Shown here in pieces: positions 48,801 through 59,628 of a stretch of DNA of 64,000 bases. Made by a program: the position numbers and the translations under genes. This DNA comes from Batkoa obscura (Eukaryota). The stretch is taken from contig JASVEC010000011.1 of NCBI GenBank assembly GCA_030770535.1, positions 372,001-436,000 on the forward strand, in the 5' to 3' direction. Every line of letters starts with the position of its first letter. Within the stretch, counting starts at the first letter, position 1. Below the pieces are notes generated by a model. It had not been told where the DNA came from and did no database searches. It worked only from the letters and a program-made list of their open reading frames with translations.

Positions 48801-50627
48801 TTATGGATAAATATCTTCCATGTCTCTTCTTGTATAACCAACTATTTTATCATCGTTTTTGATAGCATTTATTCTTCTGTTACTATCTTTTTTGGAGGGC
48901 TTATCATGTTGTTTATCTTTTTCATCTTTTTTCTGAGGTTTATCTTGTTGTTTGCCATTGTTACTTTTTTTACGATAGCTAATATTGATAATATCATTAA
49001 GATCATCAACACTGTTACCTTCTCTTGCAAAGTTTTCAGGTTGATTATTATCTTCATTGATCTTATTTTTTTTAGTTTTTTCTTTGAATGAATTGGGTCT
49101 CACTTTACGAAAACTAAATTCACTGATATCATCAATATCTTTAAAACTACCTGACACTTTTCTGGATGGTTGATTTCTAACTTTACGAAATTCAAAATCT
49201 TCAATATCCTCAATATCATTTCTAGTAATAAACTCATGATCGCCTTTAATACCAATAGACTTAATTTGACGATAATTAGAGTTATTATCATCATCACGAT
49301 GTTCTTCGAAATCTCTAAGATCATCTCTACCATTATCTTCTTCATCTTCGGAATGAGTATGACCTGGCCCTTGGGTTTTCTTTTTACCACCGTGATGTTT
49401 TCTTTTTTCCTTATTATGTTGTTCTTTTTGGGTTTTTTTAGAGTCATGTTTATTAAATTTAAAATTACTTTCCCTAAACTCAAAGTTGATATCAGTAATG
49501 TCGCCGATATTATCTCTACTATCCCATCTCTTATCACTAATAATTTTCAATGGCTGCATTCTACGATAACCTATTCCATAATATTCTTGTATATCTTTAA
49601 GATCATTTCTCCCTTGGTTTTTTTGACTCCTTAAATTAGGATGTATAGGTTCTTGAGAATCTCGATCTTTTTTTAGATTTATTTTATCTCTATTAACAAC
49701 TACATCTTTTTTATATTTTCTAGTTTTCTTAGAGTTATGCTTCTCTTCTTTAATGTCTCTTCTTTTTAAACTCCTTCTATAAGGATCTTTGATATCTCTT
49801 CTAGTATCGGTAAGTTCCTCTCCATCCTTGTTTCTGCCTTGAAGATTAGCACTATTCAAATTCTTATCACTGATAACTTCTGGTTTTCTTTCTTTTGGAT
49901 TATGTTTCATTTTTCGAAAATTGTGATCTTCGAAAAAATCTGAGTCATAAAGATATTTAATATCTTCTTTTGAAGTATTAAGAATACGCAATTTTATAGT
50001 TTCTTCATCTTCGTCTTTAGCTCTGAGGTTTTTAGTATCACTTTGAGTTTTACTATTTTTTTTTCTAAAATTAATAGCATCATCAGAAACACTAGAATTA
50101 TATAAATTATCTATATCTTCTCTTGATCTATCACGACGGAAGTTAATACCATCATTAAATTCAATTTCATTAATATCAAGCTTCTTTTTTTTCCCCTTTC
50201 CTTTGCCAGATTCATTTAAACCAGGAGTTTTATAATTCCCACCTTTAAGAATACCTTTACAATGACTAGCCTCAACTTTTTCCCATTTGGCATCAAATCT
50301 TCCAGTATTAATACCAAATAATTGAATAAATGATTTTTTATTTAAATCTAATCCAAAGCCACCTTTATCTACTGCCATAACATAAACAAATTTACCATTT
50401 TTTGCAGTAACTTTTAAACATGCACCACACTCATTTAAAGTTAAAGATTGAACTGCAGTGATTCTATTGATATCCATATGACTACCTTTATAACCACAGA
50501 ATACACGATTGGTATCTAAACGAGGTAGATCAACATCATAGTAATGAGTACTGATTTTCGCCTTCCCAGAAGTGCCACAGGTAACGAGGGTGATTAAATA
50601 AGTTAATGAAATTAAGTTTAAATTCAT
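48801..50627 (-). CDS. Secreted DPBB protein with charged repeat tail, copy 3
   Basis: Same N-terminal domain. The tail is a mosaic of blocks shared with copies 1 and 2 plus unique blocks. Confidence 0.85.
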   Translation of the reverse strand: MNLNLISLTYLITLVTCGTSGKAKISTHYYDVDLPRLDTNRVFCGYKGSHMDINRITAVQSLTLNECGACLKVTAKNGKFVYVMAVDKGGFGLDLNKKSFIQLFGINTGRFDAKWEKVEASHCKGILKGGNYKTPGLNESGKGKGKKKKLDINEIEFNDGINFRRDRSREDIDNLYNSSVSDDAINFRKKNSKTQSDTKNLRAKDEDEETIKLRILNTSKEDIKYLYDSDFFEDHNFRKMKHNPKERKPEVISDKNLNSANLQGRNKDGEELTDTRRDIKDPYRRSLKRRDIKEEKHNSKKTRKYKKDVVVNRDKINLKKDRDSQEPIHPNLRSQKNQGRNDLKDIQEYYGIGYRRMQPLKIISDKRWDSRDNIGDITDINFEFRESNFKFNKHDSKKTQKEQHNKEKRKHHGGKKKTQGPGHTHSEDEEDNGRDDLRDFEEHRDDDNNSNYRQIKSIGIKGDHEFITRNDIEDIEDFEFRKVRNQPSRKVSGSFKDIDDISEFSFRKVRPNSFKEKTKKNKINEDNNQPENFAREGNSVDDLNDIINISYRKKSNNGKQQDKPQKKDEKDKQHDKPSKKDSNRRINAIKNDDKIVGYTRRDMEDIYP

Positions 50628-50975
50628 ATTTTAACGACTCACAGAGTTCAATCGGTTTTATTTTTTGTTTGAAGTGCTTTTAACTTTCCTTTATATATGA
50701 GTTTTTATCATTTATTGATAGTTGATTTTTAATTTTATAAGATTTCATTTTAACTATAATGTCATTTCTATATCTAAACTCTATAGCATTTTAGTTGTTA
50801 AAATCTGATAGATTTAATTGATTATTATACTTTTGAGTAGTTGGACCTCTAATAACTTTAGACGTTTTATTAGCTCAATTTACATTTTTGCATTTTTATT
50901 ATTACTAGAGTATTGAATTTAAATAGATTAATAAATTAACCAAAAGTTTCATTAAATGCTGCTTCCCTTTTATGG

Positions 50976-51441
50976 TGTGAAATATTGCTTTATTTAGCTC
51001 TCAGATTGATTATAACACAACAATCACTTAAGTTGTTGTATTCTCAAGTTCAAACACAATCAATTCAGAGTTCCTTATTTTGATTTGCTGCGAGAATTTC
51101 TAACTTCATATTGCAAAGAATATTATCCTCTCCTTTTAATATCCATACTTATTGGAGTATAAAAGAGATTCTTCAATATGATAACTCGAAGCTTTTTAAC
51201 TGAATTACTCCCTGATATCGTACCATTAATAAAGCCACTAAAGTCTTTCTGACAACGTCTTACGTAGATTTTACAGTAGTATTGTCTATTCTATTTGTTT
51301 TACATAGTTCGTAACTTATTACGTATTATTCTTATTCATTTAAGTCTATCTTAGTTATATAAACTAAGACTGTTCGACTCAAGGCAAGTTAATCAACCAA
51401 GAATTGCTTTTAACTCCTACCACTGAGTACCGACTTCCACA
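50976..51441 (-). mobile_element. Solo LTR, TSD ATGG
   Basis: TGTGAAATATTGC...TTCCACA with ATGG at 50972-75 and 51442-45. Confidence 0.88.
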
Positions 51442-51899
51442 ATGGCAAGAAGCAAATTATTGTAAATCCAATTCAAAGAGCGTAAAAAAGCCATGATTAT
51501 TTTTACTTTGTGACATTTGACTCTATCTTATATCGTTTTCTTTACATTTACCCCCTACTGTCTGTATTAGCGAGTGGTTTTATTAATATAGCTTTTTATC
51601 TTTTTTGTGTAGATAAATCATCATTTAAGAGTAAAAATTAATCAATAAAAATTATCTAATAAAGTTTGATTTATTTTATAAATAATACAGTGTTTGTAAA
51701 CACTGTCCTAAAATTTTAAGTGAGAGTTTTATCTATATTGATAAGTGTTTAAATAAAATAGGTGATAACAATAATTGATATATAAATAGTGATTCATTTA
51801 AAAAACCCAAAGTTTTTTACTTACATGATGGAAAACGTAATAAACATTGTTTATTACTTAATAAAAGGTTTATTAAAAAATAATTAATGGAATTGATAT

Positions 51900-53455
51900 G
51901 GGGATGTCCGAATTGATTTCAGAATTTGATTAGAAATTAATCCGAATTTGAAGTTTTTAAATTTGTAAGTCTTTAATGTATGACTAACTAACTTTAAAAA
52001 ATTTGACTTAAAAGATTTATTTTATTTTTTTAATTATATGTTTATGAAAGTTGGTACTCAGTTGTTGGAGTTAAAAGCAGTTCTTACTTGATTAACTGAC
52101 CGTAAGTCGAAAGGTCTTAGTTTATGTAACTAAGATAGACTTAAAGTAGTAAGAACAGTGTACAATAGGCTATAAACTATGTAAAACAAATAGAATATAA
52201 AATACTATTGTAAAATCTACGCAAGATATTGTTAGAAAGACTTAGTGGCTTTATTAACGGTACGATATCAGGGAGTACTTTAATTAAAAAGCATCGAGTT
52301 AGTATGTCGAAGAATCCCTTTTATACTCCAACAAGTATGAATATCAAAACGAGAGGATAATGTTCTTTGCAACATGAAGTTAGAAATTCTCGCAACAAAT
52401 CAAAACAAGGGGCTCTGACTTGATTGTGCTTGAACTTGAGAACTGTGAAAGTTGATACTTAGTGGCCGAAGTTAAAAGCTACTCTTGCTTAATTAACTTG
52501 CCTTGAGTCGAAGGGTCTTAGTTTATATAACTAAGGTAGACTTAACTTAATAGAAATAGTATGTAGTAAGCTACAAATTATGTAAAACAAATACAATGGA
52601 AGATACTACTATAAAATCTATATCAGATGTTGTCAGAAAGACTTAGTGACTTTATTAATGATACGTTATCAGGGAGTAATCCAATTAAAAAAACCTGGAG
52701 TTATCATATTGAAGAATCTCTTTTATACTCCAATAAATATGGATATTAATACGAGAGGATGTTATTCCTTGCAATATGAAGTTAGAAATTCTCGCAGCAA
52801 ATCAAAATAAGGGACTCTGACTTGATTGTATTTGAACTTGAGAACACAGCAACTTAAGTGATTGTTGCGTTATAATCAATCCGAGAGCTAAATAAAGCAA
52901 TATTTCACAAGAACACAACAACCTAATTGATTGTTATGTTATAATCAATACGAGAGCTAATAAAGCAATATCTCACATATTTTATATTTTAAAAACTTTG
53001 CTCAAAATTTTATAAAAACAAATCTTTCATTAAAAGCAAAAGTATTTAATACAGTATTAAATTATTTTGTAAACTTTAATAGAAATTCCTGGATTAATAA
53101 GGCTTTTACTGATATAACTTATATATTGATACTAATCAAAGTTGTAATATATAAATAAATACATACTTTTATAAAAATTCATTGAAAAATATTTATCATT
53201 AAGTGCTTTATAGCCAACATTGCAGATTTACTATCAAATAAATATGCTACTTTATTATTAGTATATTATTAAGTTAATAAATAGCTGCATAGGAGGAAGT
53301 GATTAGCCCCAAAATTATAATCAACTATCTTTATACAATACAAGCAATATAATGATAGTTTTTATTTATTATTATAACTACTTGATTTTTGACTATTTAT
53401 TAACTTAACTATTAATAATTTAAATAATATCAACATTTAATTAATTTTTATTATT
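51900..53455 (+). mobile_element. Rearranged Sola2-like remnant (left arm plus inverted right-arm sequence) with nested LTRs
   Basis: GGGGATGTCCGAATTGATTTCAG left TIR at 51900. 52990-53450 matches the reverse complement of ~20380-20880. Confidence 0.7.
52043..52977 (+). mobile_element. Solo LTR containing a second solo LTR (52444..52909, TSD AGAAC)
   Basis: Outer TATGAAAG...TCTCACA; inner TGTGAAAG...TTTCACA flanked by AGAAC/AGAAC. Confidence 0.85.
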
Positions 53456-53456
53456 T

Positions 53457-53553
53457 GAGTATGTTTTTTTTGTTTCATTATTTTTTCCATTTTTAAGCGC
53501 TATTTGAGCGGAAAGATTGTTAGTAAAATTCTTAAACAAAAAAATACTTCCTC
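53457..53553 (-). mobile_element. ~98-bp Sola-related MITE
   Basis: Family consensus in reverse orientation. Confidence 0.8.
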
Positions 53554-53853
53554 ACATATACTAATTAGTTATAAACCATTGTCTCAATAAAATCCTATAA
53601 AATAGAAAATTTATGATCTACCTTGTCCATGATGCTATCTAATATTAAGATTTCTCTTAAATTTAAATTTAAAGTTAAATAAAGTATCATATTTTAGATG
53701 TTTGACTTAAATTTTCTACTTTTTTATACTAATTGTTAAAGCATCGAACATTTTGAATGATCACCAAAGCAATTAATCCTATTAATAGTAGCTTTTTTTG
53801 ATAAATTAGATTGCCAAGCTTATTGAATAGAAAGAACTCTTTAAAATAATATA

Positions 53854-53952
53854 ACTGGATTCTTTTTGATTTGAAAATTTTACTAAAATTTTTTTCTGTC
53901 AATCACGCTCAAAAAATGCGTAAATAAATGAAACCAAAAAAGACATATCCCT
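53854..53952 (+). mobile_element. Highly degenerate MITE
   Basis: AATTTTACTAA...CGCTCAAAAAATG...TGAAACCAAAAA...ATCCCT|ATAT. Confidence 0.6.
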
Positions 53953-53955
53953 ATA

Positions 53956-54056
53956 TAGCCCATATTTGAAATAAAAGTGGTTTTTTGCATAAAATGTATT
54001 AGAATACTCTAAACGTTCATTTATGCAAAAAATCCCTTTTATTTCAAATATGGCTA
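53956..54056. repeat. ~100-bp hairpin element (second MITE type)
   Basis: TAGCCCATATTTGAAATAAAAGTGGTTTTTTGCATAAA ... TTTATGCAAAAAATCCCTTTTATTTCAAATATGGCTA. Confidence 0.75.
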
Positions 54057-54152
54057 TTACCTGATAAAAGTTTTTTCCTTAGATTCCTCATCCAATAGGA
54101 TGGTACGGTTTTTATTTAAGGAAGTTTTTAAGAATTTGAAGAATATTGATAT

Positions 54153-54252
54153 GGGGATGTATTTTTGTGTTTAAGAATTTTACTAACAATTTTTCCCACA
54201 CAAACAACACTTAAAAGATGGAAAAAGTGATGAAGCCAAAAAAATCACCCCC
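54153..54252 (+). mobile_element. ~98-bp Sola-related MITE
   Basis: Family consensus, ATAT TSD. Confidence 0.88.
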
Positions 54253-55136
54253 ATATATAGAATATCTGAAGAAAGTTTTTGAAGATTTTAGAAGATAGGG
54301 GAATATTTTAATGGGCGGGACAGACTTTACACTACTGATGGGTGATACAGATGGTAATCCTTTGACGAGTGATAAATTGTTCTATGGGCTTGCCACCGGG
54401 CTACTTCTTCCATTAGTTAAGGTTTTTTCAAATACAATTTCATGAAATTAGATAATTACTAGTTAAAAAGATAGATATTTTAAAGCTCAATTAAATTAAA
54501 AAATCTCTCACTTTAGTTTAATTGTTATTTTTATTAAAACTTTCAAGAATTTAAAAAAGTAAGTTAAAAAATTACCCGAGGCTCAATATTTTTCCAGCTC
54601 CAATTTATTGTAAGGCTTGTAAGCAAAAGAAAAATATTGATAAAATAGTTAATTCCTTGCTGAATTTTAAAACAAACTACAAGAATTCTCCGAATTTTGA
54701 TTAAAATTATAAGAAGTTTTTTAGAACTTAATTGTTTAAAGTCCCCCATATTAAATTGTGTAGTGTGCAAGGAAAACTAATTCAGAGTAGCTAAGGCTTT
54801 TAGCAAATATGACAAGCTAAAACTACCCATACAAGAAATACATAAACCACACATGAAATTTTGTTGTATAAAGTATCGGAAAGATTTGAGAATAAAACAT
54901 CAGGTAAATTTTAGAAATTTTGATCATGAAATAGTATATTTATAAATGGCTATAATATTAAAGGCTTGAAAAGCAGATACTTAACATTACATAAAACAAC
55001 AAAGCTGATAATCTACCAACTAAAAACATAATTAACGTTAGATCAATCAAGTATAAAAAGTATAAAAAACAGAAAAAACATGGCTAAAAACATTAAAATA
55101 TCAAATACAAAATAACATTTCAGTCTAAACAATCCA

Positions 55137-55575
55137 ATAAAATCTTCTCTCATTTCTACCCTCATCGGTGTTACTATTACTGCTGACATCCCATTCAATT
55201 CTATATCTGGTCGTATTATAGGGGGTTATGAAGTACTGCCAAAATTCAGATGCCCTTGGATAGTATCTCTTGCGCATAATGGTATTTATAATTGTGGTGG
55301 CACTTTATTCAATGGAAACACTGTGATTAGAACTGCTCATTGTGATAGTGGGTCAATCTCATCATGGAACGCCCATATACATCGTCATGATTTGGAATAA
55401 GATGAATCTTTCGAACGTGGAAGAACTTACAGTATCAGATCTCGTATCGCTCATCCAAACTATGACACAAATACCAACGCTTTTGATGTTTCTATTTGGA
55501 AACTCAATACTGCAACTGGAACATCCACTGGTGTTGAACTTGAAAATTCTGCTATTGCTGATTTTATTCATTAGC
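55137..55575 (+). pseudogene. Trypsin pseudogene
   Basis: Start codon is ATA instead of ATG (IKSSLISTLIG...ADIPFNSISGRIIGGYEV...CGGTLFNGNTVIRTAHC). There is an in-frame TAA, and the catalytic-Ser half is deleted, joining directly to SAIADFI. Confidence 0.85.
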
Positions 55576-56444
55576 ATTTTAAATAAAACCATTAAAGTTT
55601 TAGCAAACTTATGAAATAGTGTAAACTATTCAATATTGCTTTAGGGAGTTACAAACTGTAAAGTCTTTGATATTTCTTTTCTTATTATGTTTAATTAATA
55701 CTTGTAAATTTGTGAACTCATAATATTAACAAAACATTAACAAAATGTTATTTTCTAATTCTTAAAAGTTAAAACTACACTATTGATGAGAGCTTTAAAT
55801 AAAACATAGCTTATTTATATCTAATAATGCTTTTATTTGTTTATATCATCAGCCTAAAGGTTTCGATATAAACTTATATTTGAATTCAAAACACTATTTT
55901 AATATGAGTAGAAATTAAAATGACTTGTATTTGTTACCTGAGAATTTTATTCTGTAGTTAAAAGTTTTGTTTATCGTAAGCTTACGATACAGATTAGATA
56001 AAAATATCAAATAATAAGATATACATCTTAATTATTCTATTTGTTTATTATAAGATATTATTTAAATGTTTATAATTACAGTATTATTTAATATTTCTAA
56101 GTTGTATTTTTTAGATATTTGTTCATTTAATGTGAAAGTTAATAAAACTTAATATTGTTCATCCATTTAAAAACATGTTTTATAAACTTTGAGATGCTTT
56201 ATATTATTTGAATCAAATGTGAAATTACAAGCATATATCCAGCCTATCGGTTATATTTCTAATAAACTTCCTTACAGGTAAGGATACTTTACCCTTAAAA
56301 TATAGTATATGTGTGGATGTGTATATAACAAAGAATAACAAATAGCAATAGATCTTTATCCACATGCTCTATATTAGTTTGATATTTGTATACGTATGCC
56401 TACTATTGGACGTATTTATTTACTATATAAAACAAACACCATGT

Positions 56445-56542
56445 GGAGATGTTTTTCTTGGTTTCATTACTTTTTCCATTTTTAAGCGCTATTTGAGCGG
56501 AAAAACCGTTAGTAAAATCCTTAAACAAAAAAATACATCCCC
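56445..56542 (-). mobile_element. ~98-bp Sola-related MITE
   Basis: Family consensus, TSD ATGT. Confidence 0.88.
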
Positions 56543-57070
56543 ATGTAATATTTGATTTAAAAGTAAATGAAATTTACTTAAAACCTTTATTATACATAAA
56601 AGCATTGTGTGGTACTGTCAAATAAAGTCCAATATATACAACTTATTATTAAGAATAGTTATAACCATAATAAACTAGTAGATACAGTGATATGCTACAA
56701 ATTAGTTATGAATAGATATCTAAATGGCAATATGTGGTATAAAATTCCAAACTTTAAAATCTATTAGTCAATAGTATTAAATATCAATCTAATATAATAA
56801 TTAGAAAATATACTATTATTTATAACAGTGAATTGTATATATATAGATACTTTTACTTTTCTTTATTTTTAATTTTTTTTAAATCAACTAAAGTTAAGTT
56901 TAAGATAAATAAATTTTTGTCATTTATATTTGCTTTTTTATTATTTGATTTGCGATAGATAATAGACTAATAAATAATAAATGATAAGAGGGAAATATCG
57001 TTTTTGGTAAAGTATGTCATTTAAGCGTTTTTTATTCAAATACTGATGGCTTAAAATAGTGATGAATTTA

Positions 57071-57575
57071 CAGCTAATTCATCTTGAATTGAAAATAAAA
57101 GTGGTTTATTTTAAATAAAATCAGGCCCAAAATTCTAGTAAAATTAGGCTAAAATTTCTAACTAATAATTTGCCACATTTTAATAAAACATAAATTATGA
57201 ATTGATTTAACTAATTTTTTCTTATTAACTTATCATAATTTCACTGATAAAGTGCTTTTATGCTACCAAAGTTAGAATATGAAAATCAAAAATCCTCAAA
57301 CGTTTTAGCTTTTTATTTTGAGGTTATATTTTCTATTTTAGAATATCTTTAATTAATTACGATTCAACATTATCAATATAAGAAAAGGATACTAGCAATA
57401 ATAATAGTCAAAATAATAGCATACCAGATTACATTTATTTATAATCTTCTAATTATTATAAACTTCAATGCAAATCGTTCATTTTTTAAGCAGCAAACTT
57501 TAAAAAAATCAGCCAACCAAATGGCTGATTTTAAAAAACATCACTATTTATTTTCAATCTGAGATGAACCAGCTG
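57071..57575. mobile_element. Tc1/mariner-type non-autonomous element (TA TSD)
   Basis: TA|CAGCTAATTCATCTTGAATTGAAAATAAAAGTG ... CACTATTTATTTTCAATCTGAGATGAACCAGCTG|TA. Confidence 0.75.
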
Positions 57576-58312
57576 TATTGCTAAAATTGATTGAATTAAG
57601 CTTTATATTTAATCAGATCCTTTGTTGCCAATTTGAAATTACATAAAACTATTTGCTATTGCGAAGTATTATTGGCAAAGGTATATATAGTTTTGTTTGA
57701 TATTATTAGTTTTGTATAGCATTCCTTTTGCTGTTGTTTTTCTAATAGAATCAATGATAGCTTAAACAATGGCAATGTAATAAATTTGAAGCTATGTAAT
57801 ATTTTCCCATTTTTAATTTAAACTCATTTAACTTAAGAATAAATGCCTTGAGAAATCCCAAATGATTAAAAAAGACAAATGATTTTTTTGATGACATATA
57901 TCAAATTCATGTTATAAGTACACATTAAATCGTGTAAAAATGACAATAAAGCTGTTTTGATTAAAATCTCTCAAACTTTTAGAAACTATTACGAGATAAA
58001 ATTGCACATAGCAAGTAATGGCCAAGGTAATAGATTCATTTCAACCTAATGAAACACATTCAATACACATTCAGTACAAGATAAATGCTGATAAATTTAT
58101 TCTTAAAAAAGTAAATTTATGAAATAACTAAATTAAAAAAATGCTTAAAAAGTTAGCATTTAAATGGTAAGCTAGTATACAAATTAGATAGCCTACTAAT
58201 TAAGAATATAACTAATGTCACGTTAAACAAGTGTGATTTTTATAAAAAAAACACAATCAAAGACACAGCTATAAAAGCCGATCAAAACATCGGAATACGT
58301 TTAAATAATTCA

Positions 58313-59083
58313 ATGAAATCTTCTCTTATCTTTACTCTTTTCGGTACTGCTATTGCTGCTGATATCCCATTCACAACACCACCTGGTCGTATTGTAGGTG
58401 GTTACGAAGTATCTCCCAAGTTTAAATATCCATGGGCAGTGTCTCTTGCTTATGGAGGTTCTCATTCATGCGGTGGTACTTTATATAACGGAAACACTGT
58501 TATCTCAGCTGCCCATTGTGTTATTGGATCAACTTCATCATGGACTGCTCGTGTACATCGTCACAACTTAAATGCAAGTGAAGCTTCAGAACAAGGAAAG
58601 ACTTATAAGATCAAGTCTCGTATTTCTCATCCAAGTTATGATTCAAACACGAATGCTTTTGATGTTGCCATCTGGAAGCTTAATACTGCAACTGGACCAT
58701 CAACAGGTGTCAAACTTGATGCCGGCAAGTATGCCAGCACGGATAATACCTTACTTAAGGTTATTGGATGGGGTACTACTTCATCCGGTGGCAGTGTTTC
58801 CCCAGTCCTTTTAGAAGTTAAAGTACCAGTATTTAATGCTGCTAAATGCAAGCAAGCTTATTCAGATTTGGATACCATTACTCAGTTCTGTGCTGCCTAT
58901 CCAGAAGGAGGTAAAGATTCTTGCCAAGGTGATTCTGGAGGTCCAATCTTTATTGAAGAAGGTACCACTCCAGTATTGGTTGGTATTGTCTCATGGGGTG
59001 AGGGTTGTGCTCTCAAAGGTAAACCAGGTGTATATACTCGTGCTTCAGCTGTTGCTGATTTCATCAACAAAAATTCTAGTTAA
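58313..59083 (+). CDS. Secreted trypsin (S1A serine protease)
   Basis: Signal peptide, propeptide ...GR/IVGG, SAAHC, FDVAIWKL and [13 protein letters not shown] give an intact triad with the S1 Asp. Confidence 0.96.
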   Translation: MKSSLIFTLFGTAIAADIPFTTPPGRIVGGYEVSPKFKYPWAVSLAYGGSHSCGGTLYNGNTVISAAHCVIGSTSSWTARVHRHNLNASEASEQGKTYKIKSRISHPSYDSNTNAFDVAIWKLNTATGPSTGVKLDAGKYASTDNTLLKVIGWGTTSSGGSVSPVLLEVKVPVFNAAKCKQAYSDLDTITQFCAAYPEGGKDSCQGDSGGPIFIEEGTTPVLVGIVSWGEGCALKGKPGVYTRASAVADFINKNSS

Positions 59084-59628
59084 TTATTTTATGGTATTTT
59101 TGAAAGATATTTTAATAAATGTTTTTATAAACTTATATATTAGATCTTTAATATTTGATAAGGCAATTTTATACATTAAATCCTGTATCTTTTAATTATA
59201 AAGTAATAGAATATCACACATGTTTTTTAATGGAAGTTCCTTTTTTAGCATAATTTTAGCAAAAGCTTTATTAAATAAACAATTATTTAAGTTGCAATAG
59301 AATTGGAACAGTTATAAGCATTCATTTATGAAATAGATTAGAGCCAAACTGTCTTTGTTGAATAGTACTTTTACTTTAAATTTATAGTTACACAATATCT
59401 TGTTTTATGATTTTAATGAAGTAAATAATTGTATAGCTTTAAAGCTTAATAACAATGCAATTTTAAGTTTTATGAACTAAAAAGTACTATCATAGTGATA
59501 TTTGGATTTTATAAGTTTTCATGAAAGGATCAACTTGCTAAGATTAGAGAAACCAATAGCTTCGAAACCTTATAGATTAAAGAGATGAAGTTAAATTAGT
59601 TAAACTGTTTTGTAAGTTTGTTAGCATT

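Noticed and set aside
41206..49634. Hydrophobic + strand ORFs and alternative-frame ORFs over the DPBB genes
   Set aside because: They are shadows of K/D/N/E-rich codons; their repetition only reflects the duplicated DNA.
10401..56542. Recurrent short repeats as a CRISPR array or tRNA-derived SINE
   Set aside because: They are dispersed, bounded by TIRs and TSDs, have no spacer periodicity and no A/B boxes or poly-A tail, and the context is eukaryotic.
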